NCBI GenBank assembly: GCA_026023565.1
Contig: JAPETS010000018.1
Location: 248,001 to 312,000 of the forward strand
Length of the DNA stretch: 64,000 bases
Source of the DNA: Cirrosporium novae-zelandiae
Lineage: Eukaryota
Direction of reading: 5' to 3'
The position numbers and the translations under genes are program-made. A model generated the notes under the pieces. That model searched no databases and was not told the DNA's origin. It saw only the letters and a program-made list of their open reading frames with translations. Within the stretch, counting starts at the first letter, position 1. Every line of letters starts with the position of its first letter. Of the stretch, positions 13,597 to 27,100 are shown one piece after another.

Positions 13597-14784
13597 TGAA
13601 TGCCTCTTCACGATGTCCTACCGGCCAGTGGACATTTTATGTGTAAGATGCCTTCCAGGGTCGGGGTTTGATGGTCGATTAGATATCCAAGCGGTGGCGT
13701 CTCGGTTCCAGGAAAGCTATTGGTGGTTCGGATGGCGTTTAGGGTCTACCCAGTTGATGCTGCCTTGATCTTTTGCACTTTGGGGGGGTGGAATGAAACC
13801 ACTGGGGCATTTGCACTTGCATTTTGATGGCGCTTTGGTTGTTGGAGAGAGCGAGCTTCTGGAGGCTGGCTGTATATTAGGTATGGACGGGAAAGGTTGT
13901 CCTTGCGTAGAGCTGCACGCCAACGGACAATGGGTAAAAAAAAAACGACAAGGCAGCTTTTTATATAATTGATCCGAAGTACATGTGGTTTACAAAAGGG
14001 GTAATTGGTAAATGTTGTTGTAGATTCTTGGTCCAATTATATCCCTTGGACTAGGATTTAAAGTTGTTCTGGATGCTGCGGCTTTGAAGAATCAAATGAG
14101 ATTGTGCAGGTACAGGCAGACAGGGCAGACAAGGCTTGGCCGCGTCAGTACATACTCTACTAGCACTGCACTAGTAGTGCGGTACACTGGCACTTTAATT
14201 CCCTAATTTTAGAAGGCCAGGCCTCCCCCCAGTCAGTCAGGCACCCCCAGGATCTTCAAACTTCAAGCTTGGAGAAAAAAGTACTGCACACTCTGATAAA
14301 GTCTTGCAATATTCCCAGACAGACTACCCACAAAGACAATACAAGCAACATAACATGAGACATGGCTAATTAGTTAAAATTCAAACCGTTCGATAGGTCT
14401 AACTACTCTGGTAGAGTGAAATTCCCATTCTTCAAAAAACCCTGTCTCTAGAGAAGAGAGGATTGTTGATCACCGCTTGCTTGCTTGCTTGCGTGGATCG
14501 CTCAGACTAATTCGCCCATCCACCATCCACCCACCATCGAGGCGCAGTATCTTCTTCTTTCTTCGTACACGACGACTCCGCTTTGCTGCTTTGCTGACGC
14601 ACTCGAATATGAACAGAGGAGCATATGAATCTTAACATCGCCATTAATTAATTTACCTTTCCCATCGAAATTTTTATTTTACTTCTTTCCGCTATACGTA
14701 CACTTTCTGTCCCTCTTGTCTATCGTTCTCAGAGGAACAGCTTTGTTTGTTATTATTATTATTATTATTTTCCATCTTATCAAA

Positions 14785-16037
14785 ATGCTTACTTCACTTT
14801 ACCTTTTTCTGTTCATACTATCAACTGCTACAGCTGCTGTGCTCTCTCCACGGAATACCACCGTCGCTTGCAACAACTCTCCTGATCTTTGTGATAGAGC
14901 CTACTCAAATATAACCCATCTGGGTGCACATGACAGTGCTTTCTTGAGGGATTCATCAACAGACTATTCAGACTTTGGAAACCAGTATGTTACACTGAAC
15001 TGTTTAAGTTGTCAGGACGGGGCCTTGCTAACATCCCCGGTTTTAGATACTACAATGCAACTGTAGCTCTAAGTGCCGGAGTCCGACTGCTTTCGGCCCA
15101 GGTACACAAGAGTGATGGAGAATGGCATCTTTGTCATACAAGTTGTGATTACTTGGATGCTGGTTTGGCGAGCACTTGGCTTGCGAAGATCAAATATTGG
15201 ATGGACGAAAACCCACATGAGGGTATGTGGTTCTATTATCTTCCTTGAGAGACCCCTCTAATTTATTCAGTCGTTACGATCCTTCTCGTGAACTCTGATG
15301 ATGCGACCGCCGATGAACTCAATGAGGTTTTTACAAATTCGAGCATCACCGAATATGTATACACTCCAACCGACTCCACCACGGCTCCTACTTCTTGGCC
15401 TACCCTCCAAGAGCTTATTAACAATGGTACTCGTTTGCTTACATTTATTGCCTCCCTCGATCCCGATGAAAACACCGATCATACCTACCTCATGGACGAG
15501 TTTACCTTCATTTGGGAGAATCCTTATGATGTCACATCCCTGACCAACTTCTCCTGCAAACCTGATCGTCCGACCTCGGTCAAAGGAAGCATTACCGACG
15601 CCATGGACTCGAATCGGATGCCGTTCATGAATCATTTTGTTTATTCAACTCAACTATTTGGCATCGAGGAGCCAGATGTCGATAATATCACCGTTACCAA
15701 TGCTCCATCTGGAAAGACTGGAAATCTTGGTGACACAGCGCAGAACTGCACGTCTCAATATGGCCAGGCTCCGGTCTTTATTCTCGTCGACTTTTTTGAC
15801 CAAGGACCTGCCATCAAAACTGTGGATACGTTGAATGGCATTACGGCTGTTGGAAGGACAAAACCCGTGAACACGACATCTCAGACAAGTGGGTCGAGCA
15901 GTAGCAAAAGTAATGTGTTCAAGGGCTTGGTAGACCTGACGAACAGTGTGCTGGAATCCGGCGCAACACCTAAATTAGGACAGTGGATTTGGGTTGGCGG
16001 GGATTGGAGCGGTGGGCTCGGTGCGGTTGATGTATAA
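14785..16037 (+). CDS. Secreted PLC-like phosphodiesterase (PI-PLC X-domain-like TIM barrel)
   Basis: Signal peptide [84 protein letters not shown]; two introns. Confidence 0.88.
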
Positions 16038-16975
16038 ATTTGGCCATAACCCGAGAAGGTGCAAATGGATTGGCATGACAGGTGTTTGAATGGGATACCA
16101 TGGTAGAATCGTGTTTGTATAGCATAGCATCGGCGTTGGTCTGGCTGGCTTGGAATTGGGATATTATCTGCATAGCAAAAAGCATAACGACTTTTGATGA
16201 TACATCTTAGTTATCTATCCACTTGCGAGCACCTCCCCTTCCCCGGTTAGGCCGTTCCAGGTCTTTCATTGAAATGCGAAGCACATGCCGATCCGTAGAT
16301 GTTGCAGCATTGTCGTATAGAGAGTATTTTGTCACCTGGCCCCCTCGGCCCCATTCATCACCGATGGCACACCACTCGAAGGGGAATACAAGCAAAGAGC
16401 CCGTGACTGCGATGAGGTCTTTTTCGGTATTATCAACCAGAGAGGTAGAGTTCGTGCGGTCTCCGTGTGACTTTGCTGATGATGGAAGAATCCTTAGATG
16501 GGTGGATATATGTAATTAATTATTATACTGTACCAAAGGCCGGACCCGCGTTTTTCTTCTGTCTCCCCCGCCTTTTCGACCCTTTCCCGGTCATTTTACG
16601 TTTGTCTACTTTAGCTGCCCCCAACATATTTTAACACGCCAGACTTCTTTTTCTCTCTTAAATTATTTTGTTGAATTGTTGGTCTATTTCTTCTCCAGAA
16701 TTTGTTCCTGATTATTTATCAGCTTTACTTATTATTATCTCGATAACTAGACCCAACCAGCAACACTCCCTTGTGTCTCTATATTCCTTGTCGCATTCAT
16801 CAGCTCTCTCAGAGCTCCCCCCACATCTCACATTCAAGGATCCCAGCAAACCCGTCTCGAACCACTTAGCCAAAAATTTGTCCCCCCCATATTGGCATCC
16901 CGCAAAGCCCAGGTGATGTTTTCGAATAACTCCTAACAAAGATCTTTAAGCCTCTCGTCGACTATTCTCTAAATC

Positions 16976-17971
16976 ATGCTCACCATAATAACCTATACGC
17001 TTTACGTCGTCGGTGTCTTCGCGGCTCTAACCATCCTCCCCTTCCTTCTCTCCCCGCTAATGCCCCGCCTTACTTTCTGGGCCCGAACCCTCTCCGCGTA
17101 CCTTTCACTCCTCCTTTGCTCTGCATATGGAGTCTGTGCATCTATTATACTTCGCCTTCTCGGCCTCGGTCGCCTGAGTCAATGGACCACTGCTCGTTGT
17201 TTTAAATGGATATGCAGATTCACCATCGGAGTCCGCTTCGAGCCTGAAGGAGAAGAATACCTAGAGACACGCCCCGCTGTTTACATCGCAAACCACCAGA
17301 CAGAGCTCGATATTCTCATGCTTGGTGGCGGATTTCCAAAATACTGTTCTGTCACTGCTAAAAGGTCTTTGGCATTCACGCCCTTCCTCGGCTGGTTCAT
17401 GGTTCTATCACATACCGTCTTCATTAATCGACGTGACCGAGCGTCAGCAGTAGCAGCCTTCGATGGTGCGGCAGAGGAAATGCGAACCGCCAAACAGAAC
17501 GTGTTTATATTTCCAGAGGGCACTCGAAGTTACTTTGACCATCCTGATCTTTTGCCATTCAAGAAGGGAGCGTTCCACTTAGCAATCAAGGCGCAGGTGC
17601 CAATTGTTCCAGTGGTGTCAGCAAACTACAGCCACATATTATGTCCGAAGAAGAGAATATTTAACACTGGAACAATTCCAATGAAAAGTCAGACCTCCCC
17701 CCCCCCCTGTTAGAGCTTCTAGTCTACTAACTCTTGCTGTACAGTACTCCCTCCCATTTCTACTAAAGGCCTCACAGCCGCCGATGTCGATGATCTCACT
17801 AGACGGACGCGAGAAATTATGTTAGAAGAATTGGTGAAACTGACGGCCCGAACCACACAACCACAACTCCTCAAAGTCCACGGAGGATATGCGAATGGTT
17901 CCGCAGCTACTTCCACTGGCGTGGAATATGGTAGGAAGGGGACGAACGGCAAGGTCAAACAAGAGATATGA
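16976..17971 (+). CDS. SLC1: 1-acyl-sn-glycerol-3-phosphate acyltransferase
   Basis: PlsC motifs NHQTELD, FINR, FPEGTRS, LPFKKGAFHLA, PIVPVV. One intron (~17688-17743); last exon ILPPISTKGLTAADVDDL...QEI*. Confidence 0.95.
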
Positions 17972-18421
17972 TTGTAGAGGAAAACCTCGCGAGAGGGTGT
18001 TTATGAATGAGGGAGTTGGATCAAAGATATAATAGCATCGACTGGGGCTTCACTTAAGGCAGATGAAAGGAGTTATACCCACGTTGATTAGTGATTAGCG
18101 GATATCATCTTCAGCCTTGATTGGGGTCACAAAGTGGTGTATTTGACATCATGAACCAGACAGCCCCATTTGGAATATTAAAATTTCCAAAAATATTTAG
18201 ATAAATAATGGAATAGAATTACCACAACCAAGTCGTTAATACCTCGAGGGTTGGGTGGCTGTGGACCCTGCGAATAAAATACTAATGAGATTCCAAATGT
18301 CAATTAGGTCACAACCCCTCTATAAATATCATGCGATTCTCATTGCTAAGAAGCTCGACTTTGCCTCCATCGCAACCCACCTTTCTCCAAAATATCCAAT
18401 ATAGGGTATTTCACATTCAAG

Positions 18422-19212
18422 ATGACTGATACCTCAGCACTCCCGACACCAGACCATTGCGTCGCAGACTTTTGTTTGATTCCTGTAAGAATCCATGGTG
18501 TATTTTCTCATCTACTTAGCCCCACCCTAGTGAAAGCAGTATTCAGGATTCCTTTTTAAGAACCTTGTGATTCCAACGCTTGATAGCTAATAATGATTAG
18601 ATTGGTACACCAACTCCAAGCGTCTCAGCTCAGGTAGCCGAAGTGCAGCGGTTGTTACAGCGGAGTCATGGAATCAAGTATTCTATGCACAGTGCAGGTA
18701 CAACCCTTGGTATGTGTGCCTTTTTTTTTCCCTGCAAGATATAAGATTGATATTGTTGTCCCCTTTCCTTTTACCTGTGATACTTTCTCCTCTCATGCTC
18801 TAACTAAAATACTATGCCGGAGAATTTTCCGAGCCACTCTATTATTTGGTCTTGTTGTGTTTTCTATTATACTTGACTAATTATTCACGATAGAGGGCAC
18901 GTGGTTGGATGTCATGACGGTGATAGGACAAGCCCATGCGCTTCTCCACCAGCAAGGAATTCTACGAGTACAGACTGACATACGGGTTGGGACAAGGTAT
19001 GCGATGATTTTTTTCTTTTGCTAAGTGACGTATTCCCCATGACGGAGTTGGCGGGTCTGGGTATGAAGATGAGGCGAATGATAAGGCATTAGTATCTCGG
19101 TGTTGTAAGATTCTAATTTAGTTGATGACGTTCTAGAACGGATAAGATGCAGAGTCCTGCCGACAAGGTGGCCAAAGTTGAGCAGCTATTAAAGGAAGGG
19201 AAAAAGGAGTGA
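18422..19212 (+). CDS. ECM15: Ecm15 / UPF0045 (thiamine-binding protein fold) small protein; 4 exons, absent from the ORF track
   Basis: Predicted exons 18422-18484, 18601-~18708, ~18894-18996, 19137-19212 give [116 protein letters not shown]. Confidence 0.92.
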
Positions 19213-19217
19213 GTCTT

Positions 19218-19240
19218 GATATATATATATATATATATAT
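19218..19240. repeat. (AT)n microsatellite directly after the ECM15 stop
   Basis: gatatatatatatatatatatat seen directly. Confidence 0.85.
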
Positions 19241-20019
19241 CCGGTGGAGATGATATTTAAATATTTCATGAAGGGGGGGGGATATTTGAGGTAGAGATGA
19301 TGATATATAAATTTTCACCTTTTAGTGTTGTTAGATAGATATTAAAAGGTATTAAAGACCTCCTGTTGACCAGTTCATACCCAATCTCAAATCCCAAATC
19401 TCAACAATTGTGGGGAATTTGGTAAGTGGTTGACTTGCATGTGACGCGGTAAGACCCATGTCGTGTTTTAGTCTTTCCCTCGTGGGCGGCCGCTGTTGCG
19501 AGTGACAACAACCGCGACCGATGACCCGGCTCTCCTGAATCTTTGGGCGCTGGCAAGAACAACAACCGCCTAATCGAGAATTAACAATCGACAAATCGAC
19601 CATCCACGACAGCCAACTAACGATTCAATCTCGACTCGGTCCAATATCGCTTTGGCCGATAAAGTAATAATGGAAGAGAAATCAACCTAGGGATCCCTCC
19701 GGTACCGATTATCAAGAAGAAGAAAAAAGAGGAGGATTACGACCATTTTACTGCCATTGTTTTTCTACCATAGGACTTCATTGTACCTTAGTTACTTTAC
19801 CTTCGCGAAAACCAACCATTTCCCCGTATACTCGAAGTTCTTTAGGAGAATTCTCCTGGCCACATCCAGAGTTGCGTAACTCGGACTCGTCATTACTTTT
19901 CTTTTGTTAAACCTTCAATCACCCTTCGAGTATCGTCGCCTTATTTTCACGCCTGAGGATCTTCTTCCCTCCCCCTTTACAACTTCGACACGACTTAATA
20001 CGAAACCAAATACTTAAAT

Positions 20020-21852
20020 ATGCCTGCATCAAACGAATCGCAATCCCCTTATCCGGGTCCTAAGACCTCCACCGAAGATGCGCTTGCCTACTACAAATCG
20101 CAATATGAGACACTTGAGTCTGAACTGGCCGATTTCCAAGCCTCGAGCCGGGAGCTGGAGGCAGAGCTGGAAAAGGACGTCGAGGCCTCAGAAAAGCGAG
20201 AGCGAGACTTACAGGAGAAATTAGAAAACCTAGGATATGAGGTTGAGGAATGGAAGGTCAGTACTCAGATATATTACATCGGATCATACATTCTATACCA
20301 GCTCTTCTAACTCAGTCTTTAGACGAAATACAAAAAAGCAAAAAATGAAGCAAATACGGCCCAGAATAAGCTTCAGAAAGAAATCACTTCTCTTCGGGAA
20401 GCAAATAGAACTCTACAGCTGACCCTTCGGGATATGGAAGTTGCGAATGATGATTATGAGCGGCAAACCCGGAACACAACGTCTTCATTAGAAGACTTGG
20501 AATCCAAATACAATATTGCGATAGAAAGAGGAGTCATGTTGGAAGAAGAGATCAAGAACGGAGAACAAGAACGAGAGGAATTAAGAATCAATACCCAAAG
20601 ACTGAAGGAGGAATTTTCTGATCTAAAGATTGAAGCTGAGATCACACAGGACAAACTTCGTCACGCTGAGGCGACTCTGCATGCTCCACGGTTGAATTCC
20701 AATCTTGCAGTGCCTTCTCCTCAGTCTCCCATTTCTGAGACGTCGCCTACGACCTCAAGCTCATCCCAAGTTACAACACCACCAACGAAATCATCGGCAT
20801 CTGATGCTCCGACACCTCCTTCGCCTCCTATCTCTGAAACTTCGACCAACCCTGCACCTTCCATAACCCCCAGCATTTCTAAAACGAGACTAGCGGTCAA
20901 GGACCTAAATATTACCCCCCGTCCCTTTTCGTACCGGACGCCGCATAACCGCAGTACATCGATATCTCAACCCCGCAGTGGTCGCAGTACACCATCCATA
21001 TCGATTCCTCGCCGGTCTATAATAATGAGAGAAAATGGAATCCCACCGCCCGGTGGAAATGTACCTCGTTCCGGTTCTCTCTACCAAATCCGTGGTCTTA
21101 TTGGAAAGATGCAAAAGCTTGAGCAAAGGGTGCAATCTGCTCGATCACGACTTCCTGCTCCTATGTATACCCCTCCCCGTTATTCACCGCGACCCGGCTC
21201 TGCAGCAGGACAGAACATCCCTTCTAGCATTACTGTTCGGAGTCATAGAAAACGGACAACAGGTGGAAGCAGTGTCGCATCATCTGTCAGGGAGGAAGAT
21301 GAGACACCATCTTCACTTCGTCGATTTAGTCGAGCATCTACAGGATTACCAGCTACACCAACACCAGATAATCACAGTATGAGTAGACCTAGCAGTCGAA
21401 CTAGCGTTTCCACTCGAACTTCAGTGAGCCACCAAAGCTACCAACATAGCGCAATCAGCCGACCAAGTAGTCGACAGAGCGGAGCCATGACTCCTCTTGG
21501 ACATTACTCAAATAGCGCTGCAGTGGAAGGACGACGCCCTCGGTCATCGCTGAGTGGAAACTACGGTGCACTACACGGACATGCGGCCTCTGCCAGTGTT
21601 AACCATACTCCAGGGAAAGGAGAGACAGTGGCATCAACTCCCCGCCGAGCTACGTTTAGTAAAAGCCAAATGGGAGGATCATCAATACCCACGCCCGGTG
21701 CACTTAAGAAGAGGCAAAGCGGGAATAGTGAGGTCGATGCATTTTCAGAGCGTAGAATTAGCGCGGGACGTGCGCAGCGAGATCGGGAGCAGAACAGCAT
21801 GCCTCCACCTGAAAGGAGGACAAGACTGAGTGATTTGGGAGAGACATATTGA
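20020..21852 (+). CDS. nudE: Dynein regulator NudE/Ndel1 (Ro11)
   Basis: Coiled coil [90 protein letters not shown]; one intron ~20257-20321. Confidence 0.95.
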
Positions 21853-23607
21853 TTCTGGTGTACATTGCAGATAGCTCCGTGGTTGCTTGATGAATGATCA
21901 CGATGATATGAAGATATGAGTGATACCAAGTCTTAGGTCATAGGCGTTTTGTTTCAGGGGAAGGCATCCTGGGACGGAAGCTTGTCTATTAATACTTTAA
22001 ATGCTGCCTGAAGGGAGGCTGTAAAGGACCAGGGGTAAAGGCTGACGGGGGAGGGTTGAGGCTAGAAAGGCTGAAGGAGATTTGGGGAAGGGAAAGATGG
22101 ATCGCGTTTTGATCAACAGGATCCAAATGCGCATGCGCGTTTTTTTTTTTCTTCTTCATTGGGTGGACTCAGTCCCATACCCTAATTGCATAACTATATC
22201 CGGACATATTTTTTTTCCTTTTGTACATACTTTTAGCGCTCTTTTAGAAAATACAGAATAAAAAAATTTAAGAAAAGTACTTTATTTAATCATGAAAAAA
22301 AAAGAAAAAAAAAATTGGCTGGAAAGTACCCAGATAGCTAGTTTATAGATTTGGATGGATTTTTGTTGGTCGCATCGGGAAGATTGTGATAAACAACAGG
22401 GTGAAAGTTAAAGGAATGTACGGTTTGTGTATATCTCCCATCTCTCCGATGAGCTGATGCATTCCGTACCACTTGATAGATGTGTGAAGATAACCTTTCA
22501 GCCGAAAGGATATGTCTTTATTTATTCATTTATCTCGGGTACCTTTTTCCGCTTCCCTTTTGGTATCATTGGTAGACTATGTCTTACTGCACTGAGCCAG
22601 CCATGCTGCTCACATAATAATTTAGGTGTTATGTTGCATAGGTGTGTGGGAGGATGACAGGTAGAACTGGATCAACTAATCACAGCTCTCACTAGGGATC
22701 AGTCTCGGTCGTTCATCTTGTGGGTTTATTGATTTATGAAGGATTGGAGGATGATGGTGATGATGGAATGGAGACAGGGATTACGGGATATCTATGGGAA
22801 AAAGCCCCTCGGGTTTTAATTAGGTGATTGATGGTTGATTGTTATTTAGGGTTCTTTCCGTTCTGTGGTACGGATGTGTTTTTTATTTATTGCTGGGACA
22901 CAATAATTAGTCTAATTCTTGGGGGCTTATAAACCCAACAAGTCCAAGGTTTGTGTTGTTTTATTTGGAGGGCATTGAGAGTTTCTTGTGGGAGGGGGGC
23001 TGAAGAATAAGGACTAATTTAATGTATTAATTATTGTATTATTATATGCATGTACATGTACTTGTACTTGTACTTGTCCGTGCATACGCATACTAGTATG
23101 CAAGTGAATAGAAGTTGAGTATCCCAACCAACACCAATCTCGGGGCGGGAATTGTCGCCGACACCAACCCTAATAATCATCGGTCTCATCGGTCACCGGT
23201 CACCGGGGTTTCGGTTCGCCTCCCAACGACCATTTATTGCTCTGATTTGTGAAATCTAGTGTACCCTAGGCGTTTTTACTTGGCTGCTAATGAACGAGGG
23301 AGACGAGGGATAATTATAATAATGGTGATGATGATGGCAAAGAAGATGTGATTGATTGGGAGAATTAATGGGTCCTTTTATGATGTTGAACAATTCAGCA
23401 ATAGCAAAAAAAAGCAAAAAAAAAGCTCCAAGGCGTTATGTTGATAATAAATGACGGTATTTAGGTTGAAAGTACCCCTCAGCTCTCACAGGCTCACAGG
23501 GTTTTTTAGGTGGTAATGGGTGATAAGCAGCGAGTAACGGGCTTGTACGGAATGGTAATCCCCCTCAACTAAACTCGACATGGTGTCGATCTAGCTTCCA
23601 GGTTGAG

Positions 23608-23646
23608 CCAAGTTTAACCAAGTTTAACCAAGTTTAACCAAGTTTA
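23608..23646. repeat. 10-bp tandem repeat (CCAAGTTTAA)x~4 upstream of ACC1
   Basis: ccaagtttaa ccaagtttaa ccaagtttaa ccaagttta seen directly. Confidence 0.9.
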
Positions 23647-24156
23647 GTTCAGCTCTACCGTAAAGGTTGGGGAAAGCAGCAGTAGGAACCTGTGAGCTCT
23701 AACATTTGTTGAAAAAGCTTCTCGCCGACTCCCCGAACATAAGACACCTGTCCCTCACAATTTCAACAACTTCTTTTTCTCTCTTTTCTAACCCCCCCCC
23801 CCCCCCCAAATTCCCAAGAAAACAAATATTAGATTTCGTTATTTCCTGGTTCAACGTAGTACCAGGTTCTGTCTCGTCGTCTTGTATAATAATCCTATCG
23901 AGTCTTCAGTCCGTCATCCTGCAACTTCTTCAATCTCAGCATAATCGCATCAATTCTCCCCTCCTTCCGTCATTGGACTCTCCCCTCTTCACCAACAACA
24001 TCCATCTTACGGTTGTTTATAGGATTCTACCATTTCTCACATTCCATATTTATTGTGAGGTATGAGATAATTAATCCATTCGGCTACTCCAAATTCTCTA
24101 GCCGTCGATTCTGTCGCTCGCCCTCTATCCTCCATTATTGCACAAGGGCCGTCGCA

Positions 24157-27100
24157 ATGGGTCCTACTCCACAGCCTCCTAATGGCACGGCTGCCAAAGT
24201 AAATGGTCATGGGAGTTCATACTCAGCAAAACATGACCTTCCGTCGCATTTTATCGGTGGTAATCATTTGCAAACTGCCCCACAAAGTTCGGTAAAAGAT
24301 TTTGTGGCTAGCCATGACGGACACACCGTCATTACATCCGTGAGTTGATTCCCCGCCATTTTTGGACAATTGACATGAAATGCTAACCATTTCCCTCCAG
24401 GTTCTAATTGCTAACAATGGTATTGCTGCTGTCAAAGAAATTCGTTCTGTTCGGAAATGGGCATACGAAACTTTCGGCGATGAGCGAGCAATTCAATTCA
24501 CCGTCATGGCTACCCCGGAGGATCTCCACGCCAATGCCGACTATATTCGAATGGCAGATCAATATGTGGAGGTACCCGGGGGCACAAACAACAACAACTA
24601 CGCTAATGTGGAGTTGATTGTAGATGTAGCGGAACGTATGAACGTACATGCTGTATGGGCTGGATGGTGAGTAATATCCCCATTGTCTCTCAGCTGCATT
24701 CATTAACAACCTCTCCAGGGGCCATGCTTCAGAAAACCCAAAGCTTCCAGAATCCTTAGCCGCCTCCCCGAAGAAAATCGTCTTCATTGGTCCTCCTGGC
24801 TCTGCTATGCGGTCATTAGGCGACAAGATTTCGTCAACAATTGTTGCACAACATGCCAAGGTCCCATGTATCCCATGGTCTGGTGAGGGAGTTGATCAAG
24901 TCCTCATAGACGAGAACAATCTGGTTACTGTGGATGATGAGATCTACGATAAAGGATGTGTCCACAACTGGCAAGAAGGTCTGGAGGCCGCGAAAAAGAT
25001 TGGCTTTCCCATTATGGTAAAAGCTTCTGAAGGTGGTGGTGGAAAAGGTATCCGAAAAGTTGTAGGGGAAGAAGATTTCGAATCTCTATACAAGGCGGCA
25101 GCAAGTGAAATACCTGGATCGCCCATCTTCATTATGAAACTCGCCGGAAACGCACGACATCTGGAGGTTCAGTTACTGGCAGATCAATACGGAAACAATA
25201 TTTCATTGTTTGGAAGAGATTGTTCGGTCCAGCGACGACACCAGAAAATCATCGAGGAGGCTCCAGTCACAATTGCAAAACAAGCCACATTCCATGCTAT
25301 GGAGGAGGCCGCCGTTCGGTTGGGTAAACTGGTTGGATACGTTTCTGCTGGCACTGTCGAATATCTTTACTCCCACTCAGAGGACAAATTCTACTTCCTC
25401 GAACTCAACCCCAGATTGCAGGTGGAGCATCCCACCACAGAGATGGTTAGTGGCGTGAACCTGCCTGCTGCCCAACTTCAAATTGCCATGGGTATCCCAC
25501 TGCATCGTATCCGCGATATCCGCATGCTATATGGTGTTGATCCTCAGGCATCGACAGAAATCGACTTTGACTTTTCCAAGGAGGGCAGCCTGGAACATCA
25601 ACGACGCCCAGTACCCAAGGGCCACACCACCGCCTGCAGAATCACATCCGAAGACCCTGGCGAGGGCTTCAAGCCATCAAGTGGAACCATGCATGAACTT
25701 AATTTCCGGAGTAGCTCCAACGTTTGGGGTTACTTTTCGGTGGGAACTTCTGGAGGTATTCATAGTTTCTCGGACAGTCAATTCGGCCATATATTCGCGT
25801 ATGGAGAAAACCGTTCGGCCTCGAGAAAACACATGGTGGTTGCTTTGAAGGAACTCAGCATCCGAGGTGACTTTAGGACAACCGTGGAATATCTAATCAA
25901 ACTGCTGGAAACTCCCGCGTTCGAAGATAATACCATCACGACTGGCTGGCTCGACGAACTTATTTCGAAGAAGCTAACCGCTGAAAGACCGAATCCAATG
26001 ATTGCCGTCATCTGTGGCGCTGTCGCGAGAGCTCATGTCGCCAGCGATTTATGCATTGCTGGGTACAAGGCTAGTCTTGAGAAGGGTCAAGTACCAACAA
26101 AAGATACGCTAAAAACGGTCTTCCCTGTCGATTTCATCTACGAAGGCTCCCGATATAAATTCACAGCAACAAGGGCCAGTCTAGGAGCCTATCACCTCTT
26201 CATCAATGGTTCAAAATGTTCTGTCGGCATCCGACCTCTTGCTGATGGTGGTCTATTGGTTCTGCTGAATGGACGCAGTCACAGTGTCTACTGGAAAGAA
26301 GAAGCTGCTGCTACTAGAGTTTCAGTAGACGGCAAGACCTGCCTGCTTGAGGAAGAGAATGACCCCACCCAGCTTCGCACTCCAAGCCCCGGCAAACTGG
26401 TTAAATTCACCGTCGAAAACGGTGAGCATATCAAGGCTGGTCAAGCATATGCAGAGGTTGAAGTAATGAAAATGTACATGCCTTTGATTGCACAAGAAGA
26501 TGGTATTGTTCAGCTCATCAAACAGCCTGGAGCCACACTGGAAGCTGGTGATATTCTGGGTATCCTTGCGTTGGATGATCCATCCAAAGTTAAGCATGCC
26601 CAGCCATTTGTTGGACAGCTTCCAGAGCTTGGTCCTCCTCAGGTTGTTGGAAACAAGCCTCCTCAACGTTTCAGGTTGCTGCATAGCATTCTCACCAACA
26701 TTTTGCAAGGGTTTGACAACCAGGTTATCATGGCATCAACTCTCAACGAGTTGATAGATGTTCTTCGAGACTCCGAGCTTCCATACGGAGAATGGAATGC
26801 ACAAATGTCTGCTTTGCATGCCCGTATGCCTCAAAAGTTGGACACTCATCTCACTCAAATTGCCGAACGTGCCAAGACTCGCAATACGGAGTTTCCAGCC
26901 AAGCAGCTGCAGAAGGCTCTCCACCGATTCTTTGAGGAAAATGTCAGCCCTGCTGATGCAGATGTTCTCAAATCGTCTCTTAGTCCCTTGTTTGATGTCA
27001 TTGATCGCTATGCTCAAGGATTAAAGGCCCACGAGTTCGATGTTTTCACTGATTTGCTCGATCAGTACTGGAACGTGGAGAAACTTTTCTCTGGTCGTAA

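Noticed and set aside
18484..19136. TPP riboswitch in introns of the thiamine-binding-fold gene
   Set aside because: I found no CUGAGA plus GAU-AAU-GCG aptamer core in any of the three introns.
23608..23646. CRISPR-like array
   Set aside because: Head-to-tail 10-mers without spacers in a eukaryotic genome; a simple minisatellite.
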